64,000 nucleotides of DNA from Escherichia coli (lineage in GTDB: Bacteria > Pseudomonadota > Gammaproteobacteria > Enterobacterales > Enterobacteriaceae). The notes under the pieces are model-generated. The model was not told the DNA's origin. It saw only the letters and a program-made list of their open reading frames with translations, and ran no database searches. The stretch lies in assembly GCF_003334765.1 (NCBI RefSeq), contig NZ_QOWT01000006.1. One strand, 5' to 3'. The position numbers and the translations under genes are program-made. Positions 43,079-53,369 of this stretch are shown piece after piece (the stretch's first letter is position 1; each line of letters begins with the position of its first letter).

Positions 43079-45352
43079 ATGGGAAGCCCCTCTCTGTATT
43101 CTGCCCGTAAAACAACCCTGGCGTTGGCAGTCGCCTTAAGTTTCGCCTGGCAAGCGCCGGTATTTGCCCACGGTGGTGAAGCGCATATGGTGCCAATGGA
43201 TAAAACGCTTAAAGAATTTGGTGCCGATGTGCAGTGGGACGACTACGCCCAGCTCTTTACCCTGATTAAAGATGGCGCGTACGTGAAAGTGAAGCCTGGT
43301 GCGCAAACAGCAATTGTTAATGGTCAGCCTCTGGCACTGCAAGTACCGGTAGTGATGAAAGACAATAAAGCCTGGGTTTCTGACACCTTTATTAACGATG
43401 TTTTCCAGTCCGGGCTGGATCAAACCTTTCAGGTAGAAAAGCGCCCTCACCCACTTAATGCGCTAACTGCGGACGAAATTAAACAGGCCGTTGAAATTGT
43501 TAAAGCTTCCGCGGACTTCAAACCCAATACCCGTTTTACTGAGATCTCCCTGCTACCGCCAGATAAAGAAGCTGTCTGGGCGTTTGCGCTGGAAAACAAA
43601 CCGGTTGACCAGCCGCGCAAAGCCGACGTCATTATGCTCGACGGCAAACATATCATCGAAGCGGTGGTGGATCTGCAAAACAACAAACTGCTCTCCTGGC
43701 AACCCATTAAAGACGCCCACGGTATGGTGTTGCTGGATGATTTCGCCAGTGTGCAGAACATTATTAACAACAGTGAAGAATTTGCCGCTGCCGTGAAGAA
43801 ACGCGGTATTACTGATGCGAAAAAAGTGATTACCACGCCGCTGACCGTAGGTTATTTCGATGGTAAAGATGGCCTGAAACAAGATGCCCGGTTGCTCAAA
43901 GTCATCAGCTATCTTGATGTCGGTGATGGCAACTACTGGGCACATCCCATCGAAAACCTGGTGGCGGTCGTTGATTTAGAACAGAAAAAAATCGTTAAGA
44001 TTGAAGAAGGTCCGGTAGTTCCGGTGCCAATGACCGCACGCCCATTTGATGGCCGTGACCGCGTTGCTCCGGCAGTTAAGCCTATGCAAATCATTGAGCC
44101 TGAAGGTAAAAATTACACCATTACTGGCGATATGATTCACTGGCGGAACTGGGATTTTCACCTCAGCATGAACTCTCGCGTCGGGCCGATGATCTCCACC
44201 GTGACTTATAACGACAATGGCACCAAACGCAAAGTCATGTACGAAGGTTCTCTCGGCGGCATGATTGTGCCTTACGGTGATCCTGATATTGGCTGGTACT
44301 TTAAAGCGTATCTGGACTCTGGTGACTACGGTATGGGCACGCTAACCTCACCAATTGCTCGTGGTAAAGATGCCCCGTCTAACGCAGTGCTCCTTAATGA
44401 AACCATCGCCGACTACACTGGCGTGCCGATGGAGATCCCTCGCGCTATCGCGGTATTTGAACGTTATGCCGGGCCGGAGTATAAGCATCAGGAAATGGGC
44501 CAGCCCAACGTCAGTACCGAACGCCGGGAGTTAGTGGTGCGCTGGATCAGTACAGTGGGTAACTATGACTACATTTTTGACTGGATCTTCCATGAAAACG
44601 GCACTATTGGCATCGATGCCGGTGCTACGGGCATCGAAGCGGTGAAAGGTGTTAAAGCGAAAACCATGCACGATGAGACGGCGAAAGATGACACGCGCTA
44701 CGGCACGCTTATCGATCACAATATCGTGGGTACTACACACCAACATATTTATAATTTCCGCCTCGATCTGGATGTAGATGGCGAGAATAACAGCCTGGTG
44801 GCGATGGACCCAGTGGTAAAACCGAATACTGCCGGTGGCCCACGCACCAGTACCATGCAAGTTAATCAGTACAACATCGGCAATGAACAGGATGCCGCAC
44901 AGAAATTTGATCCGGGCACGATTCGTCTGTTGAGTAACCCGAACAAAGAGAACCGCATGGGCAATCCGGTTTCCTATCAAATTATTCCTTATGCAGGTGG
45001 TACTCACCCGGTAGCAAAAGGTGCCCAGTTCGCGCCGGACGAGTGGATCTATCATCGTTTAAGCTTTATGGACAAGCAGCTCTGGGTAACGCGTTATCAT
45101 CCTGGCGAGCGTTTCCCGGAAGGCAAATATCCGAACCGTTCTACTCATGACACCGGTCTTGGACAATACAGTAAGGATAACGAGTCGCTGGACAACACCG
45201 ACGCCGTTGTCTGGATGACCACCGGCACCACACATGTGGCCCGCGCCGAAGAGTGGCCGATTATGCCGACCGAATGGGTACATACTCTGCTGAAACCATG
45301 GAACTTCTTTGACGAAACGCCAACGCTAGGGGCGCTGAAGAAAGATAAGTGA
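43079..45352 (+). CDS. tynA: Periplasmic copper/topaquinone primary amine oxidase (757 aa)
   Basis: ORF 43043..45352 (+) with ATG at 43079 giving MGSPSLYSARKTTLALAVALSFAWQAPVFA|HGGEAH…; signal peptide; TPQ precursor motif context …NYDY…. Confidence 0.95.
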   Translation: MGSPSLYSARKTTLALAVALSFAWQAPVFAHGGEAHMVPMDKTLKEFGADVQWDDYAQLFTLIKDGAYVKVKPGAQTAIVNGQPLALQVPVVMKDNKAWVSDTFINDVFQSGLDQTFQVEKRPHPLNALTADEIKQAVEIVKASADFKPNTRFTEISLLPPDKEAVWAFALENKPVDQPRKADVIMLDGKHIIEAVVDLQNNKLLSWQPIKDAHGMVLLDDFASVQNIINNSEEFAAAVKKRGITDAKKVITTPLTVGYFDGKDGLKQDARLLKVISYLDVGDGNYWAHPIENLVAVVDLEQKKIVKIEEGPVVPVPMTARPFDGRDRVAPAVKPMQIIEPEGKNYTITGDMIHWRNWDFHLSMNSRVGPMISTVTYNDNGTKRKVMYEGSLGGMIVPYGDPDIGWYFKAYLDSGDYGMGTLTSPIARGKDAPSNAVLLNETIADYTGVPMEIPRAIAVFERYAGPEYKHQEMGQPNVSTERRELVVRWISTVGNYDYIFDWIFHENGTIGIDAGATGIEAVKGVKAKTMHDETAKDDTRYGTLIDHNIVGTTHQHIYNFRLDLDVDGENNSLVAMDPVVKPNTAGGPRTSTMQVNQYNIGNEQDAAQKFDPGTIRLLSNPNKENRMGNPVSYQIIPYAGGTHPVAKGAQFAPDEWIYHRLSFMDKQLWVTRYHPGERFPEGKYPNRSTHDTGLGQYSKDNESLDNTDAVVWMTTGTTHVARAEEWPIMPTEWVHTLLKPWNFFDETPTLGALKKDK

Positions 45353-45363
45353 TTGTTTCAGAC

Positions 45364-45392
45364 AAAAAAACGGCACCAGGTGCCGTTTTTTA
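45364..45392. terminator. Bidirectional rho-independent terminator between convergent tynA and feaB
   Basis: aaaaaaa-cggcacc-ag-gtgccg-tttttt: perfect stem flanked by A- and T-runs. Confidence 0.7.
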
Positions 45393-45409
45393 CTTATGAG
45401 CGAACCAGA

Positions 45410-46909
45410 TTAATACCGTACACACACCGACTTAGTTTCACACCAACCGTCCAGCCAGTCGGGGCCAAAATCACGGCCCGTTCCTGACTGCTTCATCCCA
45501 CCAAACGGTAAGTTAGCGTCAATTAAGGTATGGCTGTTTACCCACACCGTCCCTGCCTGTAAGCGATCGCTATATTCCAGAGCCTGGGAGAGATTTTGCG
45601 TCCAGACACTGGCAGTTAAGCCATATTCCGTGTCGTTTGCCAGTTGTAACGCCTCTTCTCCATCCGCTACTCGCACCAGGTTTACCACCGGACCAAACAC
45701 CTCTTCACGAGTTAAGCGCAATTTAGCATCGGGATTTACCACCAGCGTTGGCGCAACATAATACCCCTCTCCGGCTGGTCCATTCGACCCGCGAATCAGC
45801 TCTGCTTGCTGTGCCTGCGCATCGTCGAGGAATGAACACACTTTGTCGCAGTGCGCACGAGAAACCAAAGGGTTAATCTGTGCAACAGGTGACATCCCCG
45901 GTCCCACTTGCAACGATTTTACCGCCTGCTCAAATCCACTAACCAGCGTGTCAAACAACGGCGCTTCAATATAAATTCGCGAACTGGCGGCGCATACTTG
46001 CCCTTGATTCAGGAAGCTTCCGGTCATCAAGCCTTCAATAACCCATTGCGGATCAGCATCTTTTAATACAATTGCCGGGTTTTTACCGCCCAGTTCCAGC
46101 GTTACACGCGTTAAGTGATCAGCAGCAGTTCTGGCAATACCTTTTCCCGTCGCGGTTGAACCGGTAAAACTGATTTTCGCAACATGAGGATGTGACGTCA
46201 GGGCCGCGCCGCATACAGCACCTGACCCGGTGACGACATTAAAAACGCCATCAGGGATACCAGCCTCGCTGGCCAGTTCCGCCACGCGCAACATCGTCAG
46301 TGGCGTGGTTTCCGAAGGCTTAATCACGATTGAACAGCCTGCTGCCAGTGCTGGCATCACCTTCCACATACCAATCATCAACGGAAAGTTCCATGGCACA
46401 ATTCCCGCCACTACGCCAACCGGCTCTTTACGCGTCCAGGCCTGATAACGCGCCCCCTGGGGTAAGGGAATCGACAAGTCCAGCGTTTTACCCGCGATTT
46501 TGGTCGTTAACCCGGCGGTATAACGCATCCAGTTCAGCGTACAGCCCACTTCAAAAGCACGGGAAATGGCAATTGACTTGCCTTGCTCCAGGGTTTCCAG
46601 TTGCGCCAGCTCCTCACTGTGCTGCTCCACCAGATCAGCAAAACGTAGCAGAATACGTTCACGCTCTGCGGGTAATCGCCCGGCCCAGCGACGCGAGACA
46701 AAGGCCCGCCAGGCAGACATGACTGCGTTATCTACATCCGCTTCGTTGGCATCAGCAGTAGACGCAATTTCTTGCCCGGTGGCCGGATCAAAGATCGCCA
46801 ACCGTTTTTCACTTTGTGCGGGGCCAGGACGACCATCAATATAAAGACCGTGTTGACGATCGAGAAACTGTTGGACCTGGCTTAATACTGCTACATGCGG
46901 CTCTGTCAT
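45410..46909 (-). CDS. feaB: Phenylacetaldehyde dehydrogenase (499 aa)
   Basis: ORF 45410..46912 (-); ATG at 46907-46909 gives [29 protein letters not shown]…; ALDH family. Confidence 0.95.
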
Positions 46910-46980
46910 CACTTTTCCTTATTATTTACCCAGTGTGATTTCAGTGTACGCAGCGACAAGAAAAGTCACTTTTTTCGCTG

Positions 46981-47006
46981 TGACATTCGCTTTGTCAGCT
47001 GTGACA
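46981..47006 (-). promoter_or_regulatory. Putative FeaR operator upstream of feaB
   Basis: Read on the minus strand: TGTCA-N8-AAA-N5-TGTCA (tgtcacagctgacaaagcgaatgtca), about 75-100 nt upstream of the feaB start, in the feaB/feaR divergent region. Confidence 0.5.
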
Positions 47007-47144
47007 AGCTCCGCAAATCGTGACAATAACCGCTTATGTCTCTATGCCTGACAAGACTTATTTCCTATAGTCAGGCTCATTAGCTTCGTTTATTGCAACA
47101 CAAATGCAACAATAAAAATACATTTCACAGAGCGAAAACGTGCC

Positions 47145-48050
47145 ATGAACCCCGCAGTGGATAATGAGTTTCAGCAATGGCTTTCCCAAATCAATCAGGT
47201 ATGCGGAAATTTTACCGGACGCCTGCTGACTGAGCGTTACACGGGTGTACTGGACACGCATTTTGCCAAAGGACTAAAGCTGAGTACCGTGACAACCAGC
47301 GGGGTGAATTTATCCCGCACCTGGCAGGAAGTAAAAGGCAGCGACGATGCCTGGTTTTACACCGTTTTTCAGCTTAGTGGTCAGGCAATAATGGAGCAGG
47401 ATGAGCGTCAGGTGCAGATTGGCGCTGGCGATATTACGTTACTCGATGCCTCACGCCCCTGTTCGCTTTACTGGCAGGAGTCTTCTAAACAGATTTCATT
47501 ACTTTTGCCACGCACTCTGCTGGAACAATATTTTCCCCATCAAAAACCTGTCTGCGCAGAAAGACTGGACGCTGACTTACCCATGGTGCAACTCAGTCAT
47601 CGCCTGTTACAGGAGAGCATGAATAATCCGGCACTTTCTGAAACAGAAAGTGAAGCTGCGCTACAGGCGATGGTGTGTCTGCTGCGCCCGGTACTTCATC
47701 AGCGGGAATCTGTTCAACCTCGTCGTGAACGTCAGTTTCAAAAAGTGGTTACGTTGATAGACGATAATATTCGCGAAGAGATATTACGCCCGGAGTGGAT
47801 AGCCGGAGAGACAGGTATGTCAGTACGTAGTTTGTACCGAATGTTTGCCGATAAAGGTTTGGTAGTCGCGCAATATATTCGTAACCGTCGTCTCGATTTT
47901 TGTGCAGATGCGATTCGCCATGCCGCAGATGATGAAAAACTGGCAGGCATCGGCTTTCATTGGGGATTTTCTGACCAGAGTCATTTTTCAACGGTATTTA
48001 AGCAACGCTTTGGGATGACGCCAGGCGAGTATCGACGTAAATTCCGCTAA
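47145..48050 (+). CDS. feaR: AraC-family activator of tynA and feaB (301 aa)
   Basis: ORF 47145..48050 (+), 301 aa, MNPAVDNEFQQWLSQINQVCGNFTGRL…; C-terminal AraC HTH (…GFHWGFSDQSHFSTVFKQRFGMTPGEYR…). Confidence 0.95.
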   Translation: MNPAVDNEFQQWLSQINQVCGNFTGRLLTERYTGVLDTHFAKGLKLSTVTTSGVNLSRTWQEVKGSDDAWFYTVFQLSGQAIMEQDERQVQIGAGDITLLDASRPCSLYWQESSKQISLLLPRTLLEQYFPHQKPVCAERLDADLPMVQLSHRLLQESMNNPALSETESEAALQAMVCLLRPVLHQRESVQPRRERQFQKVVTLIDDNIREEILRPEWIAGETGMSVRSLYRMFADKGLVVAQYIRNRRLDFCADAIRHAADDEKLAGIGFHWGFSDQSHFSTVFKQRFGMTPGEYRRKFR

Positions 48051-48085
48051 CTAATTGGCGTTGCATGTACTGCAACGCCAATTAG
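48051..48085. other. Perfect 15-bp inverted repeat immediately after the feaR stop (possible terminator or protein-binding palindrome)
   Basis: ctaattggcgttgca-tgtac-tgcaacgccaattag; not followed by a clear U-tract. Confidence 0.4.
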
Positions 48086-48221
48086 TTAAAACAGATATTT
48101 GACTATGCATTTTTCAGGGCAAAAGGCAATTTGACAGGAGTTTTTGAATATTCACCTTGTTTCAGGAAAATAGATCAATCGCCTTCTCCTGTAGCGTTAT
48201 CCCGATATTGCGGTTTTGCTA

Positions 48222-48548
48222 TTAAAATTTTCGCACCCATTTACCGTTTATCCCTTGTACATATTCCCCCGGTTTGGCCCGAGCTACGAGCTTTTGCCCG
48301 GCGAGTTTCGCGATATCATCTACCGACACATTATTTTGCTTTGCCAGTTGTTGGTAACTCGCTTTACGTTCGGCATTAATGTCGGCTACTAATTTCTCTG
48401 TTTCAGCATCCGTTTTCAGCGCAACCAGATAACCGTAAAATGTTTCACCTACCCGCCCCTGAGTTCTGGCTTCATCCAGAGTCAATGCCATTACATTGCT
48501 GCTTACCAGCCCAACAAGAAACGCACAAAGAAGTAATGTTTTCTTCAT
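48222..48548 (-). CDS. ydbL: Periplasmic DUF1318 protein YdbL (108 aa)
   Basis: ORF 48222..48629 (-); ATG at 48546-48548 gives MKKTLLLCAFLVGLVSSNVMA|LTLDEARTQG… (signal peptide); the upstream 27 codons of the track ORF overlap ynbE and are not used. Confidence 0.9.
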   Translation of the reverse strand: MKKTLLLCAFLVGLVSSNVMALTLDEARTQGRVGETFYGYLVALKTDAETEKLVADINAERKASYQQLAKQNNVSVDDIAKLAGQKLVARAKPGEYVQGINGKWVRKF

Positions 48549-48555
48549 CATCACC

Positions 48556-48741
48556 TCAGAAAAGATCGCTACGAGTTTCAAGCAGCTCTTCGACATCTTT
48601 GTCTGCCTTGATGATGATCTCATGCTCAATTTTAACGTTCATATTGATAGTGATCGGTTCCTTAGGTGCAGCGACTTCAATGCGAGGCGTACAGCCAACC
48701 AGCATAAAAGATGACGTCAACGCAGCCAGTAAAATTTTCAT
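48556..48741 (-). CDS. ynbE: Lipoprotein YnbE (61 aa)
   Basis: ORF 48556..48741 (-), MKILLAALTSSFMLVGC|TPRIEV… (lipobox LVGC); overlaps the ydbH stop by 4 nt. Confidence 0.92.
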   Translation of the reverse strand: MKILLAALTSSFMLVGCTPRIEVAAPKEPITINMNVKIEHEIIIKADKDVEELLETRSDLF

Positions 48742-51377
48742 TGTTTTTCCTCACACTCTTTTCCTTGCGGACAGTCATTTCCCGGCAGACGTGCGTTCTG
48801 CTCCAGCCATGCCTGGAGATTATCGCCAAAGCGTAAACTGCGCCACAGCGTAAAAATATTCTCTTCATGATGGTAATTAAGGTTTACCGTACCGCTTTTA
48901 CCATCAACGCGACTGGTACCTGTAATGTTGGCCTGCATGGTTAATAAACCGAGATTATCTAAATTAATTTTTGTCGATGAACGGCTAATTTCCATATAGC
49001 GCAACCAGTTAATTGCTGAACCCGCAGTCATATTGTCTTTTACCACCGCATCCGCAGTGTCTTTATCCAGTCGCAATGTCATCGGCCCGCTATTCGCCAG
49101 CCAGCCATCTTTCACAATCCATTTTTCATTGTTCAGCCATAACGGCAGTGCACCACTAAATGCCCCGGACATGGCGAATTGTTTCGGATTGACGGCGCTA
49201 ACCAGTTCGCTGGATGAGAGATTATTCAGCCGCAACAGCGCCGGGTCATGTTGCGGCATACGTAATTGTTTCATCAGTACGTTACCGCCTAACACATCGA
49301 CGCTAACATCAGTCAACAGCAAGGGTTCTTCTTCAGTCCACGGATAACGCCCTTGCAAATCAGCCGTAATATTTTTCGCTGTCACCAGATTAATCACTTC
49401 GGCAATTCGCAACGTAACGGGGCCGCGAGTCCCCAGATGCCAGGCTCCATCGGCAAAACGGAAAGGCAGGACAAAATCGACACCGTTAACCTGATTATCT
49501 GGCATCCAGGCACTACCGCCTTTCAACACGCCGTGTCCTCCCGCGCGGAATCCTTGTTCAGGCGCAGCAGAAAATGCAACCTGAGCATACAGTTCACCAT
49601 CGCGTAAGTTCATCTTCCAGTCGGGTGGCACCAGCGGCTGGAATACGGTCAGTGATTGTTTAGGCCACCAGGCGTTACCGCGCAGACGAATACCGTCCCA
49701 GCGACCATTTACCCGAACCGGGCCAATCTCACCAGCATGTAAATCGCCTTTAAAGAGGAAATAGGTAGGATCGCGCCCATCGACGCTAAATTTTAAGGTT
49801 GATGGCGGTAACACACTGCCGCCAGTGAACAGCGTTTGCCCGGCGTCCAGTGACAGCGCGCCGCTAAAGGAGGGATGCTGTGCGTCACGTACCCAGACGA
49901 TGGGCTTGTCGAGAATTAATCGCGGCTTTTCTACCGTCATCGTACCGTATTGTAACTGGTCGAAACCGGTGGAGAGATCGGTCAGCGTAATCGTGCTGTC
50001 ATGCCACTCACCTTTTCCTGCGACATCCCAGGTGGCATTCATCGGTGTAAAACTCCCTTTTCCCCAGTAGCGCCACTGCCAGCGGCCAGCGTCAGGGAGA
50101 AAATCATTCGCCAGCCCATCCATATGCAGCACGAAATCGCCCAGTTCATTTTCATGCGCCTGCAAGATGGCCTGCAAACGTCCGTCAACACCACGTTGGG
50201 TGACTTTTACACCCGCTAAAGGCCAGCGGATTTCATCGATGTCCAGCGAATCGATGACTCTTCCCTTTGAACGAAGTAACGCGCCTGGCTCAAAGGTCAG
50301 CGTTGGGTCAGACAGACTTCCACTTAGCTGCGCAGGTAAACGGGCATATAAAATGAGGTCCGCCTGTTTCGCTTCACCGGTCAGCTGCAGAGGCAGCTGA
50401 CTGTTATCCATGCTTAATTTTCCTGGGCCAAAATTAAGCACCGCGTTGCCCTTACCCGCTTGCCCCTGGGTCAGCACACTCAGTCGTCCGCTGACCAGAG
50501 CGTTCTCAAGCCCTGCCTGCCAGTTGTCGACTTTGACACCCAGTCGGCCACTCAAAGGAAAACCTGCATACGGCCAGCTCCAGCGACCATCGCTTACGGT
50601 CAATTGTTGACGAGTAATTTGCCACGGCAAATCGAGCAACGGATCGCCGTTATCCCGTGCCAGCACGATCAATTGCCCGCTATTTTCCTGCCAGTCCAGC
50701 TCGGCATCCACCAGTGACGGTTCCTGCGGCAAGTTTAACGTCGCAGTAGCATGCCCACTTACAGGAAGTCCATCCGGCACGAGCGGCATAGCAAATTCCC
50801 CCACCAGTTTTACCGGCGGCTGATTTTCAAACGCGACGACATCCAGTTCGCTGACTGTAAGTTGTTGCCCTTTCAGCTGGCCTTGAAATTTAACTTTTTC
50901 GCCCTGATAACGCAGTTGCTGGATATCAGAGGTTAATGCGAGAGAGAGTTTTCCCTGCCATTCCTGCCAGGGAGAAAAAATCAGTTTATCGATATTGATC
51001 CAGGTGTTAGGCAGCATGGCCTGCCACTGCGCGAGTGTTTTTGGAGCGGCTGGCGATTGCTCCGTCTGCGGCAATTTCGCCAGACAAGCAGAATCAAGTT
51101 CTACCGTGCCGACGTTCAATAACCAGCGGCTGGGATGTGAAAGGCTGGCGTTGGTGATATGCGCAAGCTGACAATCTCCCACCAGATAACGGAGATCGGG
51201 AATGATTAAACCTTTACGCGTAATGCGTGGGCTTTCATCTAATGCAATACGTGTCCCGAGCGGTAGCCAGATGCCCGCCAGCGTGGGAACCCACAGCCCG
51301 AGCGTCATCAGCAGCGTCAACGGCACAAGAATAATCAGTAATAACAGCGCGAGAACGGCTTTATATTTACCCAGCAT
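48738..51377 (-). CDS. ydbH: AsmA-like / DUF748 inner-membrane-anchored periplasm-spanning protein YdbH (879 aa)
   Basis: ORF 48738..51377 (-), 879 aa, MLGKYKAVLALLLLIILVPLTLLMTLGLWV… (N-terminal TM anchor). Confidence 0.94.
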   Translation of the reverse strand: MLGKYKAVLALLLLIILVPLTLLMTLGLWVPTLAGIWLPLGTRIALDESPRITRKGLIIPDLRYLVGDCQLAHITNASLSHPSRWLLNVGTVELDSACLAKLPQTEQSPAAPKTLAQWQAMLPNTWINIDKLIFSPWQEWQGKLSLALTSDIQQLRYQGEKVKFQGQLKGQQLTVSELDVVAFENQPPVKLVGEFAMPLVPDGLPVSGHATATLNLPQEPSLVDAELDWQENSGQLIVLARDNGDPLLDLPWQITRQQLTVSDGRWSWPYAGFPLSGRLGVKVDNWQAGLENALVSGRLSVLTQGQAGKGNAVLNFGPGKLSMDNSQLPLQLTGEAKQADLILYARLPAQLSGSLSDPTLTFEPGALLRSKGRVIDSLDIDEIRWPLAGVKVTQRGVDGRLQAILQAHENELGDFVLHMDGLANDFLPDAGRWQWRYWGKGSFTPMNATWDVAGKGEWHDSTITLTDLSTGFDQLQYGTMTVEKPRLILDKPIVWVRDAQHPSFSGALSLDAGQTLFTGGSVLPPSTLKFSVDGRDPTYFLFKGDLHAGEIGPVRVNGRWDGIRLRGNAWWPKQSLTVFQPLVPPDWKMNLRDGELYAQVAFSAAPEQGFRAGGHGVLKGGSAWMPDNQVNGVDFVLPFRFADGAWHLGTRGPVTLRIAEVINLVTAKNITADLQGRYPWTEEEPLLLTDVSVDVLGGNVLMKQLRMPQHDPALLRLNNLSSSELVSAVNPKQFAMSGAFSGALPLWLNNEKWIVKDGWLANSGPMTLRLDKDTADAVVKDNMTAGSAINWLRYMEISRSSTKINLDNLGLLTMQANITGTSRVDGKSGTVNLNYHHEENIFTLWRSLRFGDNLQAWLEQNARLPGNDCPQGKECEEKQ

Positions 51378-51583
51378 GGGTAGTTAATATCCTGATTTAG
51401 CGAAAATTAAGCATTCAATACGGGTATTGTGGCATGTTTAACCGTTCAGTTGAAGGTTGCGCCTACACTAAGCATAGTTGTTGATGAATTTTTCAATATC
51501 GCCATAGCTTTCAATTAAATTTGAAATTTTGTAAAATATTTTTAGTAGCTTAAATGTGATTCAACATCACTGGAGAAAGTCTT

Positions 51584-52573
51584 ATGAAACTCGCCGTTTA
51601 TAGCACAAAACAGTACGACAAGAAGTACCTGCAACAGGTGAACGAGTCCTTTGGCTTTGAGCTGGAATTTTTTGACTTTCTGCTGACGGAAAAAACCGCT
51701 AAAACTGCCAATGGCTGCGAAGCGGTATGTATTTTCGTAAACGATGACGGCAGCCGCCCGGTGCTGGAAGAGCTGAAAAAGCACGGCGTTAAATATATCG
51801 CCCTGCGCTGTGCCGGTTTCAATAACGTCGACCTTGACGCGGCAAAAGAACTGGGGCTGAAAGTAGTCCGTGTTCCAGCCTATGATCCAGAGGCCGTTGC
51901 TGAACACGCCATCGGTATGATGATGACGCTGAACCGCCGTATTCACCGCGCGTATCAGCGTACCCGTGATGCTAACTTCTCTCTGGAAGGTCTGACCGGC
52001 TTTACTATGTATGGCAAAACGGCAGGCGTTATCGGTACCGGTAAAATCGGTGTGGCGATGCTGCGCATTCTGAAAGGTTTTGGTATGCGTCTGCTGGCAT
52101 TCGATCCGTATCCAAGTGCAGCGGCGCTGGAACTCGGTGTGGAGTATGTCGATCTGCCAACCCTGTTCTCTGAATCAGACGTTATCTCTCTGCACTGCCC
52201 GCTGACACCGGAAAACTATCATCTGTTGAACGAAGCCGCCTTCGAACAGATGAAAAATGGCGTGATGATCGTCAATACCAGTCGCGGTGCATTGATTGAT
52301 TCTCAGGCAGCAATTGAAGCGCTGAAAAATCAGAAAATTGGTTCGTTGGGTATGGACGTGTATGAGAACGAACGCGATCTATTCTTTGAAGATAAATCCA
52401 ACGACGTGATCCAGGATGACGTATTCCGTCGCCTGTCTGCCTGCCACAACGTGCTGTTTACCGGGCACCAGGCATTCCTGACAGCAGAAGCTCTGACCAG
52501 TATTTCTCAGACTACGCTGCAAAACTTAAGCAATCTGGAAAAAGGCGAAACCTGCCCGAACGAACTGGTTTAA
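51584..52573 (+). CDS. ldhA: Fermentative D-lactate dehydrogenase (329 aa)
   Basis: ORF 51584..52573 (+), 329 aa, MKLAVYSTKQYDKKYLQQVNESFGFELEFF…; NAD-binding GxGxxG (GVIGTGKIG). Confidence 0.96.
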   Translation: MKLAVYSTKQYDKKYLQQVNESFGFELEFFDFLLTEKTAKTANGCEAVCIFVNDDGSRPVLEELKKHGVKYIALRCAGFNNVDLDAAKELGLKVVRVPAYDPEAVAEHAIGMMMTLNRRIHRAYQRTRDANFSLEGLTGFTMYGKTAGVIGTGKIGVAMLRILKGFGMRLLAFDPYPSAAALELGVEYVDLPTLFSESDVISLHCPLTPENYHLLNEAAFEQMKNGVMIVNTSRGALIDSQAAIEALKNQKIGSLGMDVYENERDLFFEDKSNDVIQDDVFRRLSACHNVLFTGHQAFLTAEALTSISQTTLQNLSNLEKGETCPNELV

Positions 52574-52683
52574 TCTTGCCGCTCCCCTGCATTCCAGGGG
52601 AGCTGATTCAGATAATCCCCAATGACCTTTCATCCTCTATTCTTAAAATAGTCCTGAGTCAGAAACTGTAATTGAGAACCACA

Positions 52684-53106
52684 ATGAAGAAAGTAGCCGC
52701 GTTTGTTGCGCTAAGCCTGCTGATGGCGGGATGTGTAAGTAATGACAAAATTGCTGTTACGCCAGAACAGCTACAGCATCATCGCTTTGTGCTGGAAAGC
52801 GTAAACGGTAAGCCCGTGACCAGCGATAAAAATCCGCCAGAAATCAGCTTTGGTGAAAAAATGATGATTTCCGGCAGCATGTGTAACCGCTTTAGCGGTG
52901 AAGGCAAACTGTCTAATGGTGAACTGACAGCCAAAGGGCTGGCAATGACCCGTATGATGTGCGCTAACCCGCAGCTTAATGAACTCGATAACACCATTAG
53001 CGAAATGCTGAAAGAAGGTGCACAAGTGGATCTGACCGCGAACCAGTTAACGCTGGCGACCGCAAAACAGACATTAACTTATAAGCTGGCGGATTTAATG
53101 AATTAA
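52684..53106 (+). CDS. hslJ: Heat-inducible outer-membrane lipoprotein HslJ (140 aa)
   Basis: ORF 52672..53106 (+); ATG at 52684 gives MKKVAAFVALSLLMAGC|VSNDK… (lipobox). Confidence 0.93.
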   Translation: MKKVAAFVALSLLMAGCVSNDKIAVTPEQLQHHRFVLESVNGKPVTSDKNPPEISFGEKMMISGSMCNRFSGEGKLSNGELTAKGLAMTRMMCANPQLNELDNTISEMLKEGAQVDLTANQLTLATAKQTLTYKLADLMN

Positions 53107-53369
53107 TAGCTGCCACAGCTCCCGGCGGCAAGTGACTGTTCGCTACAGCGTTTGCCGTTGGGTAATGCACACATCCCAATCGCCGTACCATCCAGTTGAC
53201 GGGCAACAGAAAGCGAACCGCCGATCATTGCACAATTTGCTTCTCCACTACTGGACATCGACGCTTTTAAACCTGGCGCTACGTGCGCGGCAGTCGCCTG
53301 CTGAACAGGTTCACTACTACACGCCGACAACAATAAAGCGGCACACCCTACCCAAAACGCTGCTCGCAT
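53103..53369 (-). CDS. ydbJ: DUF333 lipoprotein YdbJ (88 aa)
   Basis: ORF 53103..53369 (-), MRAAFWVGCAALLLSAC|SSEPV… (lipobox); its stop overlaps the hslJ stop on the opposite strand (palindromic ttaa). Confidence 0.9.
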   Translation of the reverse strand: MRAAFWVGCAALLLSACSSEPVQQATAAHVAPGLKASMSSSGEANCAMIGGSLSVARQLDGTAIGMCALPNGKRCSEQSLAAGSCGSY

